Shown: positions 30,734 to 40,679 of the stretch, piece after piece
Layout: each line of letters starts with the position of its first letter
Numbering within the stretch: position 1 is the first letter of the stretch
NCBI GenBank assembly: GCA_964579635.1
Contig: CAZOFV010000001.1
Location: forward strand, 71,622 to 128,234
Length of the DNA stretch: 56,613 nt
Direction: 5' to 3'
Source: an uncultured Candidatus Saccharibacteria bacterium
GTDB taxonomy: Bacteria; Patescibacteriota; Minisyncoccia; Phycocordibacterales; VMEP01
Notes under the pieces: generated by a model
Told to the model about the DNA's origin: nothing
What the model saw: the letters and a program-made list of their open reading frames with translations, nothing else
Databases searched by the model: none
Translations under genes and position numbers: made by a program

Positions 30734-31195
30734 ATGACGAGGAAGAGAAGGGGATTGTCGGAAGCAGAACTGGTGGCAAAGGCAGACGAGTCCGCCAGAA
30801 AAGCCTGCGTGAGAAGTTTGATCAAGTGGAGTACTCGCCCGATTTCAAGGGAGTCATTCCCCGACGATTTCGCGGATGGTTTTGATTTCATCGACCGCGC
30901 TGGTTCGGGGGCCCTCGAAGCTTTCGCTGGACGGCTTGAGACGGGTCTTGCTTCAGCGCCTTGCGCTCAGTGCCCCAAAGAAGGATGTCCCGGTTCACTC
31001 GAAGGCTGTTTGTTCGAGATGGACCCCGAAGTCCTTCAGGAACAAGACTACCTTATGGGCGAGGAAGCCGAAATAAGTCCCTTCGTAAAGGCCGCAATGC
31101 GCTCTGGCCTTAGCTACGAATGTGCTTTACGGGCAGAAGTTGAAATCGAGATCGAGATGAGTCGTCTTGACAAAGAAATGGACAGCATCCATTAG
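30734..31195 (+). CDS. Acidic Cys-containing hypothetical protein (cassette gene)
   Basis: 153 aa, GC-rich, SD GAGGTG, TTGACA at 30640, terminator near 31240-31272. Confidence 0.75.
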   Translation: MTRKRRGLSEAELVAKADESARKACVRSLIKWSTRPISRESFPDDFADGFDFIDRAGSGALEAFAGRLETGLASAPCAQCPKEGCPGSLEGCLFEMDPEVLQEQDYLMGEEAEISPFVKAAMRSGLSYECALRAEVEIEIEMSRLDKEMDSIH

Positions 31196-31448
31196 GACGA
31201 CCTATCTTTTAGTTAACTATCATCTCCCTGGAGATGCTTACGCCCCAACACGGTTGTGTTTGGGCGTTTTTCATTGTTGTATTATGACCGTTTGACATTA
31301 AGGGGCGTTTTGGTAGTATATGCGGGAGCTCATTTGAGCCCGTTTTTTGGGAAACTATCCGTTCTGATCCGTTTTTCTCCTTTAGGGCTTCGGCATTAAA
31401 GAATAAAAACGAGATATCGAAAGGGAAAGCCCCGAACTTAAATTATTT

Positions 31449-31634
31449 ATGGCAAAAACATCAACTAGAGTTCGCGCGTTAAAGACGCCTAAATTTAGTA
31501 CACGAAAAGTAAATCGTTGTTTTCGTTGTGGACGTAAGCGTGCTTTTATGCGCGATTTCGGCCTTTGCCGTATTTGTTTCCGTGAATTAGCCAACGATGG
31601 AAAATTGCCTGGCATTAAGAAATCATCCTGGTAA
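31449..31634 (+). CDS. rpsN: 30S ribosomal protein S14 (Zn-binding type)
   Basis: CFRCGR...LCRICFRE. Confidence 0.97.
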   Translation: MAKTSTRVRALKTPKFSTRKVNRCFRCGRKRAFMRDFGLCRICFRELANDGKLPGIKKSSW

Positions 31635-31642
31635 AAAATATT

Positions 31643-32038
31643 ATGACCACTGACCCTATTGCAGACATGTTAATTCGTATAAAGAACGGTAGTAAAGCCA
31701 AAAAGGAAACGGTGCTTATTCCTTATTCACAGCTACGTTTTTCTATTGCTCAAATTTTACTTCGTGAAGGATATCTTTCATCTGTTACAAAAAGATTGCG
31801 TAAGGCGTCACGTTTGTTAGAGGTTGGTTTGGTATACGAAGGAAATAACACACCAAAGGTCACAGGCGTAGAACGTGTTTCAAAATCATCAAAACGTATT
31901 TATGTTGGGGTTCGTGAAGTTCGCCCTGTTAAATATGGTTACGGTATTATGGTTCTTTCAACTCCTAAGGGTCTTATGACAGGAGATGAGGCACGAAAAG
32001 AACACGTTGGAGGAGAAGTAATGTTTAAGATTTGGTAA
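31643..32038 (+). CDS. rpsH: 30S ribosomal protein S8
   Basis: DPIADML.RIKN, STPKG, GGEV. Confidence 0.97.
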   Translation: MTTDPIADMLIRIKNGSKAKKETVLIPYSQLRFSIAQILLREGYLSSVTKRLRKASRLLEVGLVYEGNNTPKVTGVERVSKSSKRIYVGVREVRPVKYGYGIMVLSTPKGLMTGDEARKEHVGGEVMFKIW

Positions 32039-32046
32039 TTAATTAT

Positions 32047-32580
32047 ATGAGCAGATTAGGAAAACAAATTATCGCAATCCCTGAAAAAACCACAATTACA
32101 ATGGAGGGTAATATTGTTACGGTTAAGGGTCCACTTGGAGAAATCTCTCGCGTTTTTCGTGATAGTGAAATTACAATAAACATTGCCGATACCGTTACTT
32201 TGGTTCCAAAAAGAAATGATGTTTTCTCTCGCGCTCTTTGGGGAACATATGCATCACACATAAAAAATATGCTCGCAGGTGTTAATAAGGCCTACGAAAA
32301 AAAGCTTATTCTTGAAGGTGTTGGTTTTAAATCAGAAGTTGCTGGAACAAGCCTTAATCTTGCCTTAGGTTTTTCTCATCCAGTAAAGATGCCAATTCCA
32401 GAAGGGCTTACAGTTAAGGCGGAGAAAAATGTTATTACGATTTCTGGTATAGACAAGGAAAAGGTCGGACAGTTTGCTTCACAGGTTCGTACGATGAAGA
32501 AACCAGAACCATATAAGGGTAAAGGTTTTCGTTATGAAGGCGAAGTTATTCGCAGAAAACAAGGAAAGAAGTCCGCATAA
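32047..32580 (+). CDS. rplF: 50S ribosomal protein L6
   Basis: MSRLGK, LGFSHP, PEPYKGKG. Confidence 0.97.
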   Translation: MSRLGKQIIAIPEKTTITMEGNIVTVKGPLGEISRVFRDSEITINIADTVTLVPKRNDVFSRALWGTYASHIKNMLAGVNKAYEKKLILEGVGFKSEVAGTSLNLALGFSHPVKMPIPEGLTVKAEKNVITISGIDKEKVGQFASQVRTMKKPEPYKGKGFRYEGEVIRRKQGKKSA

Positions 32581-32589
32581 TATAATTAT

Positions 32590-32940
32590 ATGAAAATAGG
32601 AAATTCAAAAACTGAACTTCGAGAGAGACGACATAAAAAGATTCGTTCTCAAGTTTCTGGAACTGCAGAGCGACCTCGCCTCTCGGTTTATAAATCGAAT
32701 CGTTATCTTTATGCACAGGTAATTGACGATCTATCTGGCAAGACTCTTGCTCAGGCTTCAGACATGGCACTCAAAGGTAAAACAAAGACCGATAAAGCAA
32801 AACAGGTTGGTGTTGAAATAGCAAAAATCGCACTTTCAAAAAAAATTAGCAAGGTCGTTTTTGATAGGGGAGGTTTTAATTACACAGGAAGAATTAAGAC
32901 ATTAGCCGACGCTGCGCGTGAAGGCGGTCTTCAATTTTAA
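32590..32940 (+). CDS. rplR: 50S ribosomal protein L18
   Basis: [20 protein letters not shown]. Confidence 0.97.
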   Translation: MKIGNSKTELRERRHKKIRSQVSGTAERPRLSVYKSNRYLYAQVIDDLSGKTLAQASDMALKGKTKTDKAKQVGVEIAKIALSKKISKVVFDRGGFNYTGRIKTLADAAREGGLQF

Positions 32941-32952
32941 TTTTTTAAATAT

Positions 32953-33615
32953 ATGACGAAAGAAGAAACAATAAAAGAAGAAATTGTAAACACTGATGTT
33001 CCAGTTGTTTCTTCTCCAATTCCTGAAGCAACTGTTTCAGTAGATGCTGAAAAACCAAAGAACGATTTTTCTTCTCGCCGTGATAGTGGAAAGAAGAAGG
33101 GTGGTTCTCGTCCATTTAGAAAAGGCTTTGAAAGAGTTAAGCCAGAATTTGATCACAAAATAATAAATATTCGTCGCGTTGCTCGCGTTGTTGCCGGTGG
33201 ACGTCGTTTTAGTTTTAGCGTTGTTTTGGTTGCAGGAGATAGAAAAGGAACTGTTGGTGTCGGTATGGGAAAGGCTGGAGATACAGCACTCGCAATTGAA
33301 AAGGCAATGCGTTCCGCTAAAAAGAATATGTTTAAGATTTCCTTGAATAAAAAAATGTCTATCCCACATGACGTAAAAGCAAAATACTCAAGTGGAACAG
33401 TAATGCTTATGCCAAATAAGTCTCGAGGCCTTATTGCAGGTAGTGCGGTTCGTATCGTTGCCGATTTGGCCGGAGTAAAAGATGTTACAGGAAAAGTTTT
33501 TTCCGGAAGTAAAAATTCACTCAACATTGCAATGGCAACAGTTAAAGCATTGAAAATGTTGAAACCAGTTAAAGCTCACGCTGTTTCAGTGGCGGAGGAT
33601 AAAGTTGGTAAATAA
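32953..33615 (+). CDS. rpsE: 30S ribosomal protein S5
   Basis: RVARVVAGGRRFSF; N-terminal extension. Confidence 0.96.
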   Translation: MTKEETIKEEIVNTDVPVVSSPIPEATVSVDAEKPKNDFSSRRDSGKKKGGSRPFRKGFERVKPEFDHKIINIRRVARVVAGGRRFSFSVVLVAGDRKGTVGVGMGKAGDTALAIEKAMRSAKKNMFKISLNKKMSIPHDVKAKYSSGTVMLMPNKSRGLIAGSAVRIVADLAGVKDVTGKVFSGSKNSLNIAMATVKALKMLKPVKAHAVSVAEDKVGK

Positions 33616-33620
33616 ATATC

Positions 33621-34070
33621 ATGCAAATTCATAACGTAAAAAGGAATACTAAAAATAAGAAAAACCCTGCGGTTGGTCGTGGTGGAAAGCGCGGAAAGAC
33701 TTCTGGTCGTGGTACAAAAGGACAGAAAGCTCGTGCTGGTAATAAAAGACGTCCACAGATGCGCGACACAATTAAAAAGATACCAAAACGTCGTGGTTAT
33801 GGTATGAACCGTGCTCGCACAGTTAATTCCTCTATAGTTCGAGCAGCTGTTGTTAATATAGATCTTCTTGAAAAAGTATTTCAAGCTGGTTCTGTTATAA
33901 CCCCAGAGGTTCTCGCAGAAAATAAACTAATTAGAAAAGTTTCAGGAAAGTTTCCTCCAGTTAAAATCTTAGCAAGAGGAACAATAACCAAGAACTTTTC
34001 TTTCAAGGGTTGCTTAATGTCCGCAAAAGCTAAAGAAGCGATTGAAGCAGTGGGAGGAAAAGCTGAATAA
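33621..34070 (+). CDS. rplO: 50S ribosomal protein L15
   Basis: GRGGKRGKTSGRGTKGQKAR. Confidence 0.96.
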   Translation: MQIHNVKRNTKNKKNPAVGRGGKRGKTSGRGTKGQKARAGNKRRPQMRDTIKKIPKRRGYGMNRARTVNSSIVRAAVVNIDLLEKVFQAGSVITPEVLAENKLIRKVSGKFPPVKILARGTITKNFSFKGCLMSAKAKEAIEAVGGKAE

Positions 34071-34080
34071 TAAAAATTTT

Positions 34081-35352
34081 ATGGATGCATTTATAAACAA
34101 GCTCAAAATCATAATCGGCGACAGGGCTCTTTTAAAGCGTATCCTTTTTGTTATTTTTATGCTTTTTGTTTTCCGTGCTTTAGCCGCTATTCCAATTCCT
34201 GGCGTTGACCCACTTCGTTTGGCACAGTTTTTGAGTGGAAATCAATTCTTGGGTTTACTTAATATTTTTTCTGGAGGTGGTTTGGCAACACTATCCATAG
34301 TGATGCTTGGAGTTGGACCTTACATTACAGCTTCTATCATCATGCAACTTTTGACGATAATGGTGCCTAGTTTAAAGCAGATGTATCACGAAGAGGGTGA
34401 TTTAGGTCGTCGTAAGTTTACTCAATATTCACGTTTAATCACATTACCACTTGCGTTGATTCAAGGTTTTAGTTTGTTGGTCTTACTTGAACGACAGGGG
34501 AGTATTGAACACCTCACTCTTTTCAGTAAAGTGACAAACCTCATTGTCATCACGGGCGGAACTGTTTTGTTGATGTGGCTTGGTGAGTTGATTTCACAGT
34601 ACGGAATTGGCAACGGAGTTTCTTTGATTATTTTCGCCGGTATTGTTTCAAGAGTTCCCTCAAGTGCTGGGCAGATATTATTCACATTTGATGTTTCTCA
34701 GATTCCACTATACCTAGCCTTTTTGGTTGCAGGATTATTAATTGTCGCTGGTGTTGTTTTTGTTACAGAGGCCGAACGACCATTGCCGGTGACATACGCT
34801 AAGCGTGTTCGTGGAAGCAAAATGTTTGGTGGGGTTTCAACTTATTTACCACTACGTATTAATCAGGCTGGCGTTATTCCAATAATTTTCGCTCTTTCGA
34901 TTCTTCTTTTCCCTCAAATGATTGGTGCTTTTTTGGCAACATTTAGCAACAGCATAATGCAGACTATTTCTTCCGCTCTTATTTCTTTCTCTCAAAATAC
35001 CTGGGTTTATGGAATTTCTTATTTTATTCTCGTTTTCCTATTCACTTATTTTTATACCGCAGTTACTTTCGATCCAGATTCAATTGCAACAAATCTACAG
35101 AAAAATGGAGCGTTTATTCCAGGGGTTCGTCCAGGACAACCAACATCAGAACATATTGCTAAAATATTAAACAGAATTACCCTTTTCGGAGCACTATTCC
35201 TTGGAGCTATCGCTGTTTTGCCTCTTATAATGCAAGGGTTAACAGGTATTGCGACACTCGCAATCGGAGGAACAGCGCTACTAATCGTTGTTTCAGTTGT
35301 TCTTGATCTAGTTAAAAAGGTTGATGCTCAGGTTTCAATGAGAGAATACTAG
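34081..35352 (+). CDS. secY: Preprotein translocase SecY
   Basis: LGVGPYITASII, GIGNGVS, AGVIPIIFA, IPGVRPG. Confidence 0.98.
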   Translation: MDAFINKLKIIIGDRALLKRILFVIFMLFVFRALAAIPIPGVDPLRLAQFLSGNQFLGLLNIFSGGGLATLSIVMLGVGPYITASIIMQLLTIMVPSLKQMYHEEGDLGRRKFTQYSRLITLPLALIQGFSLLVLLERQGSIEHLTLFSKVTNLIVITGGTVLLMWLGELISQYGIGNGVSLIIFAGIVSRVPSSAGQILFTFDVSQIPLYLAFLVAGLLIVAGVVFVTEAERPLPVTYAKRVRGSKMFGGVSTYLPLRINQAGVIPIIFALSILLFPQMIGAFLATFSNSIMQTISSALISFSQNTWVYGISYFILVFLFTYFYTAVTFDPDSIATNLQKNGAFIPGVRPGQPTSEHIAKILNRITLFGALFLGAIAVLPLIMQGLTGIATLAIGGTALLIVVSVVLDLVKKVDAQVSMREY

Positions 35353-35497
35353 AGTAGAGTTATTGGGTAAGAGAATCTAAAAAATTTATTTCTCTCACTA
35401 ATTAAACTAATCTTACTAATTACGCTATCTTGCCATCCAATTGTTTGATAGGATTTTAAGAAGCTAATAATAACCAACAGCTAATAAGTTAATTAAC

Positions 35498-36100
35498 ATG
35501 GATTTACAAACTTTTATTTTTATTGGACGTTCTGGATGTGGCAAGGGAACCCAGGTTGATCTTCTTAGAAAATACATAGAAGAGCGTGATCCTGAAAAAA
35601 AGCCTATTTATCACCTTGAAACAGGTGCCCGTTTCAGAGATTTTCTTTCTAAGGAGGGTTATTCTAATAAGCTAGCCCGCGGGATTGCAGAAAAATCAGA
35701 ACTTCAACCATCATTTTTGGCTGTTTGGATGTGGTCAAATAATTTTTTGGAAAACTTAAAAGGAGATGAGCATATTTTTATTGATGGGACACCAAGAACA
35801 CTACCGGAAACATATATTCTAGAGACGGCTTTAAATTTTTATAAAAGAGGGCGAGCAAAAGTTATTTATATAAATGTTTCTCGCAAGGAAGCAGAAGAGA
35901 GGTTAATCGCTCGCGGTAGAAATGATGATAAAAAGATTGGAGATATAGAAAAAAGATTAAATTGGTTTGACAGTGATGTTGTTCCGGCTGTTATGTATTT
36001 AAGCAAAAGTAAGAATCATGATTTTTACGATATAGACGGAGAGCAATCTATTGAGGGTGTTCATAAAGAACTTATCTCCAAGGTATTTGAGGGAAAATAA
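35498..36100 (+). CDS. adk: Adenylate kinase-family NMP kinase (short LID)
   Basis: GRSGCGKGT, DGTPR, RGRNDD; between secY and map. Confidence 0.82.
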   Translation: MDLQTFIFIGRSGCGKGTQVDLLRKYIEERDPEKKPIYHLETGARFRDFLSKEGYSNKLARGIAEKSELQPSFLAVWMWSNNFLENLKGDEHIFIDGTPRTLPETYILETALNFYKRGRAKVIYINVSRKEAEERLIARGRNDDKKIGDIEKRLNWFDSDVVPAVMYLSKSKNHDFYDIDGEQSIEGVHKELISKVFEGK

Positions 36101-36102
36101 TA

Positions 36103-36873
36103 ATGACAACAATTCTAACAACAGAAGAAGAGTACGATATTGTCCGCGAAGGAGGGAAGCGCCTTGGTTTGATACTTCAGGTTTTGGCATCATCTGCAAA
36201 ACCCGGTGTCACAACAAAAGAGCTCGATGAAATTGCACACAAGTTGATTACTAAAGAGGGAGACAAACCAGCATTTCTTCACTACACCCCTGATGGTTCT
36301 GATAGACCATATCCAGCAACACTTTGTATTTCCGTGAATAGTGAAGTTGTTCATGGTGTTCCGGGTAGTCGAATTTTAAAAGAAGGAGATATTGTTGGTC
36401 TTGATTTAGGATTAGCACATAAAGGTCTTTATGTTGATAGTGCTATCACAGTTCCGGTTGGGGAGATAGACGATGTTGCAAAAAGACTTATTGAAACTAC
36501 AAAAGAGGCACTTGCGAGGGGAATGAACGTTGTTAAAGTTGGAGGAAGAATAGGTGATATCGGAGAGGCTATTGAAAGATACGTTAAGACAGAGGGTTTT
36601 GCTATTGTTAAAATTTTAGGAGGGCATGCTCTTGGTGTACATCCACACGAAGAGCCATATATACCAAATTACGGTAAACGTGGTACTGGACCAATTCTTA
36701 AAGAGGGAATGCTTATTGCCCTTGAGCCGATTGTAAACGAAGGGTCACCGATGGTTTTTTTAGATGAGAACGATGGTTACACTTTTCATACAGAAGACGG
36801 CAAACGCTCAGCGCACTTTGAACACACAATGCTCATAACAAAAGATGGTGCAGAAATAGTCACCCTTGTTTAA
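36103..36873 (+). CDS. map: Methionine aminopeptidase type I
   Basis: CISVN..VVHG.P, HEEP, EP, SAHFEHT. Confidence 0.96.
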   Translation: MTTILTTEEEYDIVREGGKRLGLILQVLASSAKPGVTTKELDEIAHKLITKEGDKPAFLHYTPDGSDRPYPATLCISVNSEVVHGVPGSRILKEGDIVGLDLGLAHKGLYVDSAITVPVGEIDDVAKRLIETTKEALARGMNVVKVGGRIGDIGEAIERYVKTEGFAIVKILGGHALGVHPHEEPYIPNYGKRGTGPILKEGMLIALEPIVNEGSPMVFLDENDGYTFHTEDGKRSAHFEHTMLITKDGAEIVTLV

Positions 36874-36978
36874 GTAGATTTACACTTTTTCTCTATAATT
36901 TGAATGCTATACTGATTGGTATAGTTTTTGTTTATGGTATCTTTCAACTTTCTCGCATTCACGGTATCATAAAACTTA

Positions 36979-39726
36979 ATGGTTTTAAATTTTAATGGAG
37001 GAGGGCACGAAAAATTTGTAAATCCCGAAGAGGAGATTAATTTTTTGCGTGAACGTCTTGCAGAAAAAGAAAAAGAAACTTCTTTTGGTAAAGAATCGAC
37101 ACCTATTACTCGAGAAAAAGAGGTTATTAAAGAGTATTCACAAAGACCCGCTAGGGAAATTTTACATCATGAAAAAGTTCTTCCCGAACAAGAGGTGGAG
37201 CGTATTGTTCTTGATTTAAAGCCAGAACAGCACGACAAACAAATGGAAGAACTTCTAGGTCTTCTTGTGGAAAAGGGCGCTCGTAACACTATTTCGGTTG
37301 TGGAGAAGATGGATAATCCCCATATAACTGATGATTTTCATAGAATACTTGTTCAGTACGTTAAAAGTGTTGGTGAAATTCCAGATTTGGAAAAAGACAA
37401 ACAAGTTTGGAAGGCGGTACATATGCGTCTTTATGAGATTCTCCTTCCAGAAGGGGACGCGGAAAAACAGGCAAAAAGTTTTAAAGAAATTGTCACAATA
37501 ATGGAACAGTTTTATGCTGGAATGCTTTCTGTTTCAGACGGTCGTGATAATTTTCCTGGTAAAAATTATTTTACACTTGAAATAGCTTTATCAAACAGAA
37601 GCAGTGAAATAGTTTTTTATGCTTCTGTTCCCGAAGATAAAGGGGGTTTACTTGAAAAACAATTACTTGGTTTATATAAAGATGCTCGAATTAGAGAAGT
37701 GAAAGATGATTATAATATTTTTAACGAAGAAGGCGCTTCTTTGGGTGCCTATGGTGCGTTTACAAAAAGTCAGGTTTATCCGATAAAAACATACACAGAG
37801 TTTGAGCACGATCCTCTCCCTGTAATTCTTAATGTTTTCTCTAAACTTAAAAATAATGGTGAGGGAGCGGCAATCCAATTTTCTATTTCTCCTATTGGTG
37901 ATTATTTTTTGAAAAGATACGGAAGGGTACTCGATGATTTGAAGCGCGGTGTTCCAAAAGACGAAGCGACAAACATTTCCTCTACCGTAGGGCAGGAGGT
38001 TGGAAGGTTTGCTAAAGAGCTTATTATGGGCGTTCCTATCCCTAAGAAAATTGATGGAAAAGAGGTAGTTGATGAGGACGCGATAAAACATGTGTCGGAC
38101 AAAATTAGTAGCACTATCGTTAATACAAATATTCGAATAATCGCTTCAGCTGAAACAACTCTGCGGGCCGAAGAGATTTTAAGTGAACTTCAGTCCGCTT
38201 TTAATCAGTTCACAGACGCTAAAGGCAATGGCGTTGAGTTTAAGCCACTAAAACGCCGTGATGCGCTTAGGCTTTTTCAGGAATTTTCTTATAGATTATT
38301 TTCTCAGGATTATTCTTTACCACTTAACCTTAAAGAGCTCACCACAATGTTTCATTTCCCAGAGCAGATTTCCTCAGCCCCACAATTGAAACAAGCCCGT
38401 TCAACGACCGCGCCAGCGCCACTTGATGCTCCAACCTATGGCACTCTTTTGGGAATAAACAAACATCGTGGTGAAAATAAGGAAATTTTTATTACCGACG
38501 AAGACAGAATGAGACATTTCTATGTAATAGGCCAAACTGGTACCGGTAAAACTGCAATCATGAAAAATATGATTATTCAGAACATTAAAGCTGGTCATGG
38601 TGTATGTATGATAGATCCGCACGGAACAGACATTGAAGATGTTTTGGGTAATATTCCACCGGAAAGAGAAAAAGATGTTATCTATTTTGACCCTGCTTAC
38701 ACAGAAAGAGTTATGGGGCTCAATATGTTGGAATATGACTTAACCCGACCAGAACAAAAAACTTTTGTAGTTAATGAGTTGATTTCAATTTTTAACAAAT
38801 TATTTGATATGAAGGTCGCCGGTGGGCCAGCGTTTGAGCAATATTTTAGAAACTCTGCTCTTTTGGTGATGGAACACCCAGAATCAGGGAATACTCTTCT
38901 TGAGATTGTGCGTGTTTTGGCTGATAAATCTTTCCGCGATATGAAGTTGTCTTATTGCAAGAATCCGGTAATTGCTCAATTTTGGGCTAACGCAATTAAA
39001 ACAAGCGGGGATCAATCACTTGCTAACTTCGTTCCATACATTTCAAGTAAGTTTGATCCATTTTTATCAAACGATATTATGCGTCCAGTTATTGCTCAAG
39101 AAAAATCATCTTTCAATTTTAGACAAATAATGGATGAGAAAAAAATACTCTTAGTCAATTTGTCCAAAGGAAGACTTGGTGATTTAAACGCGCACTTAAT
39201 TGGGCTTATTTTAGTTGGGAAAATCCTTATTGCGGCACTTTCTCGAGTGGATGCTGTTGACAGAAAACCAGCCGATTTTTATTTGTATATTGATGAATTC
39301 CAAAATATAACCACGGACTCAATTTCTACGATTCTTTCAGAGGCGAGAAAATACAGATTGTCGCTTAATGTTGCTCATCAATTCATAAAACAATTAGACG
39401 ATAAAACAAAGAACGCTATTTTTGGTAACGTTGGTTCTATGGCGGTATTTCGTGTCGGCAGTGAAGATGCAGAATTTTTAGAAAAACAATTAGCGCCAGT
39501 TTTCTCAGCAAGAGACATTATGAATCTAGATAATTACAATGCATATGTGAAAATGCTTATGAATGGCCAACCAGCTAGAGCTTTTAACATTGAAACGATT
39601 TCGCCAATGAAAGGGGATAAAAATACTGCCACAAGGATTAAGGAGGCGTCTTATCAGAATTTTGGCACACCTCGTGCAGAAATAGAGGAACATATTGCTC
39701 AAAAATATCGCCAAACCGGAATTTAA
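36979..39726 (+). CDS. TraD/VirD4/HerA-like P-loop ATPase with long N-terminal region
   Basis: HFYVIGQTGTGKT, IDPHG, YIDEFQ, SEARKY, AHQ, GNVG. Confidence 0.85.
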   Translation: MVLNFNGGGHEKFVNPEEEINFLRERLAEKEKETSFGKESTPITREKEVIKEYSQRPAREILHHEKVLPEQEVERIVLDLKPEQHDKQMEELLGLLVEKGARNTISVVEKMDNPHITDDFHRILVQYVKSVGEIPDLEKDKQVWKAVHMRLYEILLPEGDAEKQAKSFKEIVTIMEQFYAGMLSVSDGRDNFPGKNYFTLEIALSNRSSEIVFYASVPEDKGGLLEKQLLGLYKDARIREVKDDYNIFNEEGASLGAYGAFTKSQVYPIKTYTEFEHDPLPVILNVFSKLKNNGEGAAIQFSISPIGDYFLKRYGRVLDDLKRGVPKDEATNISSTVGQEVGRFAKELIMGVPIPKKIDGKEVVDEDAIKHVSDKISSTIVNTNIRIIASAETTLRAEEILSELQSAFNQFTDAKGNGVEFKPLKRRDALRLFQEFSYRLFSQDYSLPLNLKELTTMFHFPEQISSAPQLKQARSTTAPAPLDAPTYGTLLGINKHRGENKEIFITDEDRMRHFYVIGQTGTGKTAIMKNMIIQNIKAGHGVCMIDPHGTDIEDVLGNIPPEREKDVIYFDPAYTERVMGLNMLEYDLTRPEQKTFVVNELISIFNKLFDMKVAGGPAFEQYFRNSALLVMEHPESGNTLLEIVRVLADKSFRDMKLSYCKNPVIAQFWANAIKTSGDQSLANFVPYISSKFDPFLSNDIMRPVIAQEKSSFNFRQIMDEKKILLVNLSKGRLGDLNAHLIGLILVGKILIAALSRVDAVDRKPADFYLYIDEFQNITTDSISTILSEARKYRLSLNVAHQFIKQLDDKTKNAIFGNVGSMAVFRVGSEDAEFLEKQLAPVFSARDIMNLDNYNAYVKMLMNGQPARAFNIETISPMKGDKNTATRIKEASYQNFGTPRAEIEEHIAQKYRQTGI

Positions 39727-39806
39727 CAAGCCTCTTTAAAGGTTGCGAAATGGGGGTATTTTTTGTTAGGATAAGCCATTAAACAGTTAATTAGATTTCT
39801 AAATTT

Positions 39807-40283
39807 ATGGCTCACGAGAAAAAAGAAACATCGCTTATTATTTTTAAACCAGACACTCTTCAAAGAGGTTTGCTTGGAGAGATGATTCATCGTTTTGAAA
39901 GAAAGGGTTTGAAAATTCGCGGACTCAAAATGATGCAATTAGAAGACGTGATTCTTGAAGAGCACTATGCTCACATAAAAGATAAACCATTTTTTGGTGG
40001 AATAAAGGAGTATATGAAAGCGACACCAGTAGTTGTTTTTGCTGTAACAGGAATTAATGCGATCTCAGCAATCCGCACTATTATAGGACCAACGAAAGGA
40101 CACGAAGCTCCAGCAGGGACAATCCGCGGAGATTTTTCTATGAGTGGTCAATCAAACATCGTTCACGCCTCAGATTCAAAAGAATCAGCAGAAGCAGAAT
40201 TAAAGCGTTTCTTTAGAGAAGATGAGTTGTTTGATTACGAACGACCTAATTTTCCTTTTATCTACGCCGACGAAGCATTCTAG
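39807..40283 (+). CDS. ndk: Nucleoside diphosphate kinase
   Basis: KPD, GTIRGDF, NIVHASDS. Confidence 0.96.
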   Translation: MAHEKKETSLIIFKPDTLQRGLLGEMIHRFERKGLKIRGLKMMQLEDVILEEHYAHIKDKPFFGGIKEYMKATPVVVFAVTGINAISAIRTIIGPTKGHEAPAGTIRGDFSMSGQSNIVHASDSKESAEAELKRFFREDELFDYERPNFPFIYADEAF

Positions 40284-40462
40284 TTGATTAAAATAATCAT
40301 AATTTCTGGTAAATATCAGAAATAGTTTGTTAAATATAATTATTTTAACTATGACGGTAAAATAATTATATAAATCAAGTAGTTTTTGGAACTAAGCTTA
40401 CTCGAGAATAAATTTCTATCGGGGTCAATATTGCAAACGTGTTCTTCAGTGATACGATTTAA

Positions 40463-40594
40463 GTAGGGTTATTTGGGAGGTTATCTAGATCAAGTCATTA
40501 GTTCCGGGAGCTTAGCTTACATTACGTCTTGGCGCAGTGTAGAGGGCACCCACGTATTACTACGCTAGTGGCTAACTTCACTAAGTAACCCTAA
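40463..40594 (+). ncRNA. ssrS: Probable 6S RNA (compact)
   Basis: Ends pair into a long rod; internal GGGAGCTTA and GAGGGCACCCAC motifs; TTGCAA-16-TACGAT promoter; terminator 40595-40627. Confidence 0.65.
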
Positions 40595-40679
40595 AGAAAG
40601 ATTCCTGCAGAGCAGGATTTTTTCTTTTCTGGAATGAATGTTAGAATACAGAGACGATAGGTAGTCTTTCTTCGAACGA

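Noticed and set aside
35353-35497. secY-adk spacer with short AGCTAATAA repeats (also TAAAAGC twice near 27741)
   Set aside because: Too short and low in complexity to support a feature.
40463-40594. RNase P RNA or riboswitch for the downstream nuclease
   Set aside because: Lacks the GAGGAAAGUCC signature; the closed rod with its own terminator fits 6S RNA better.
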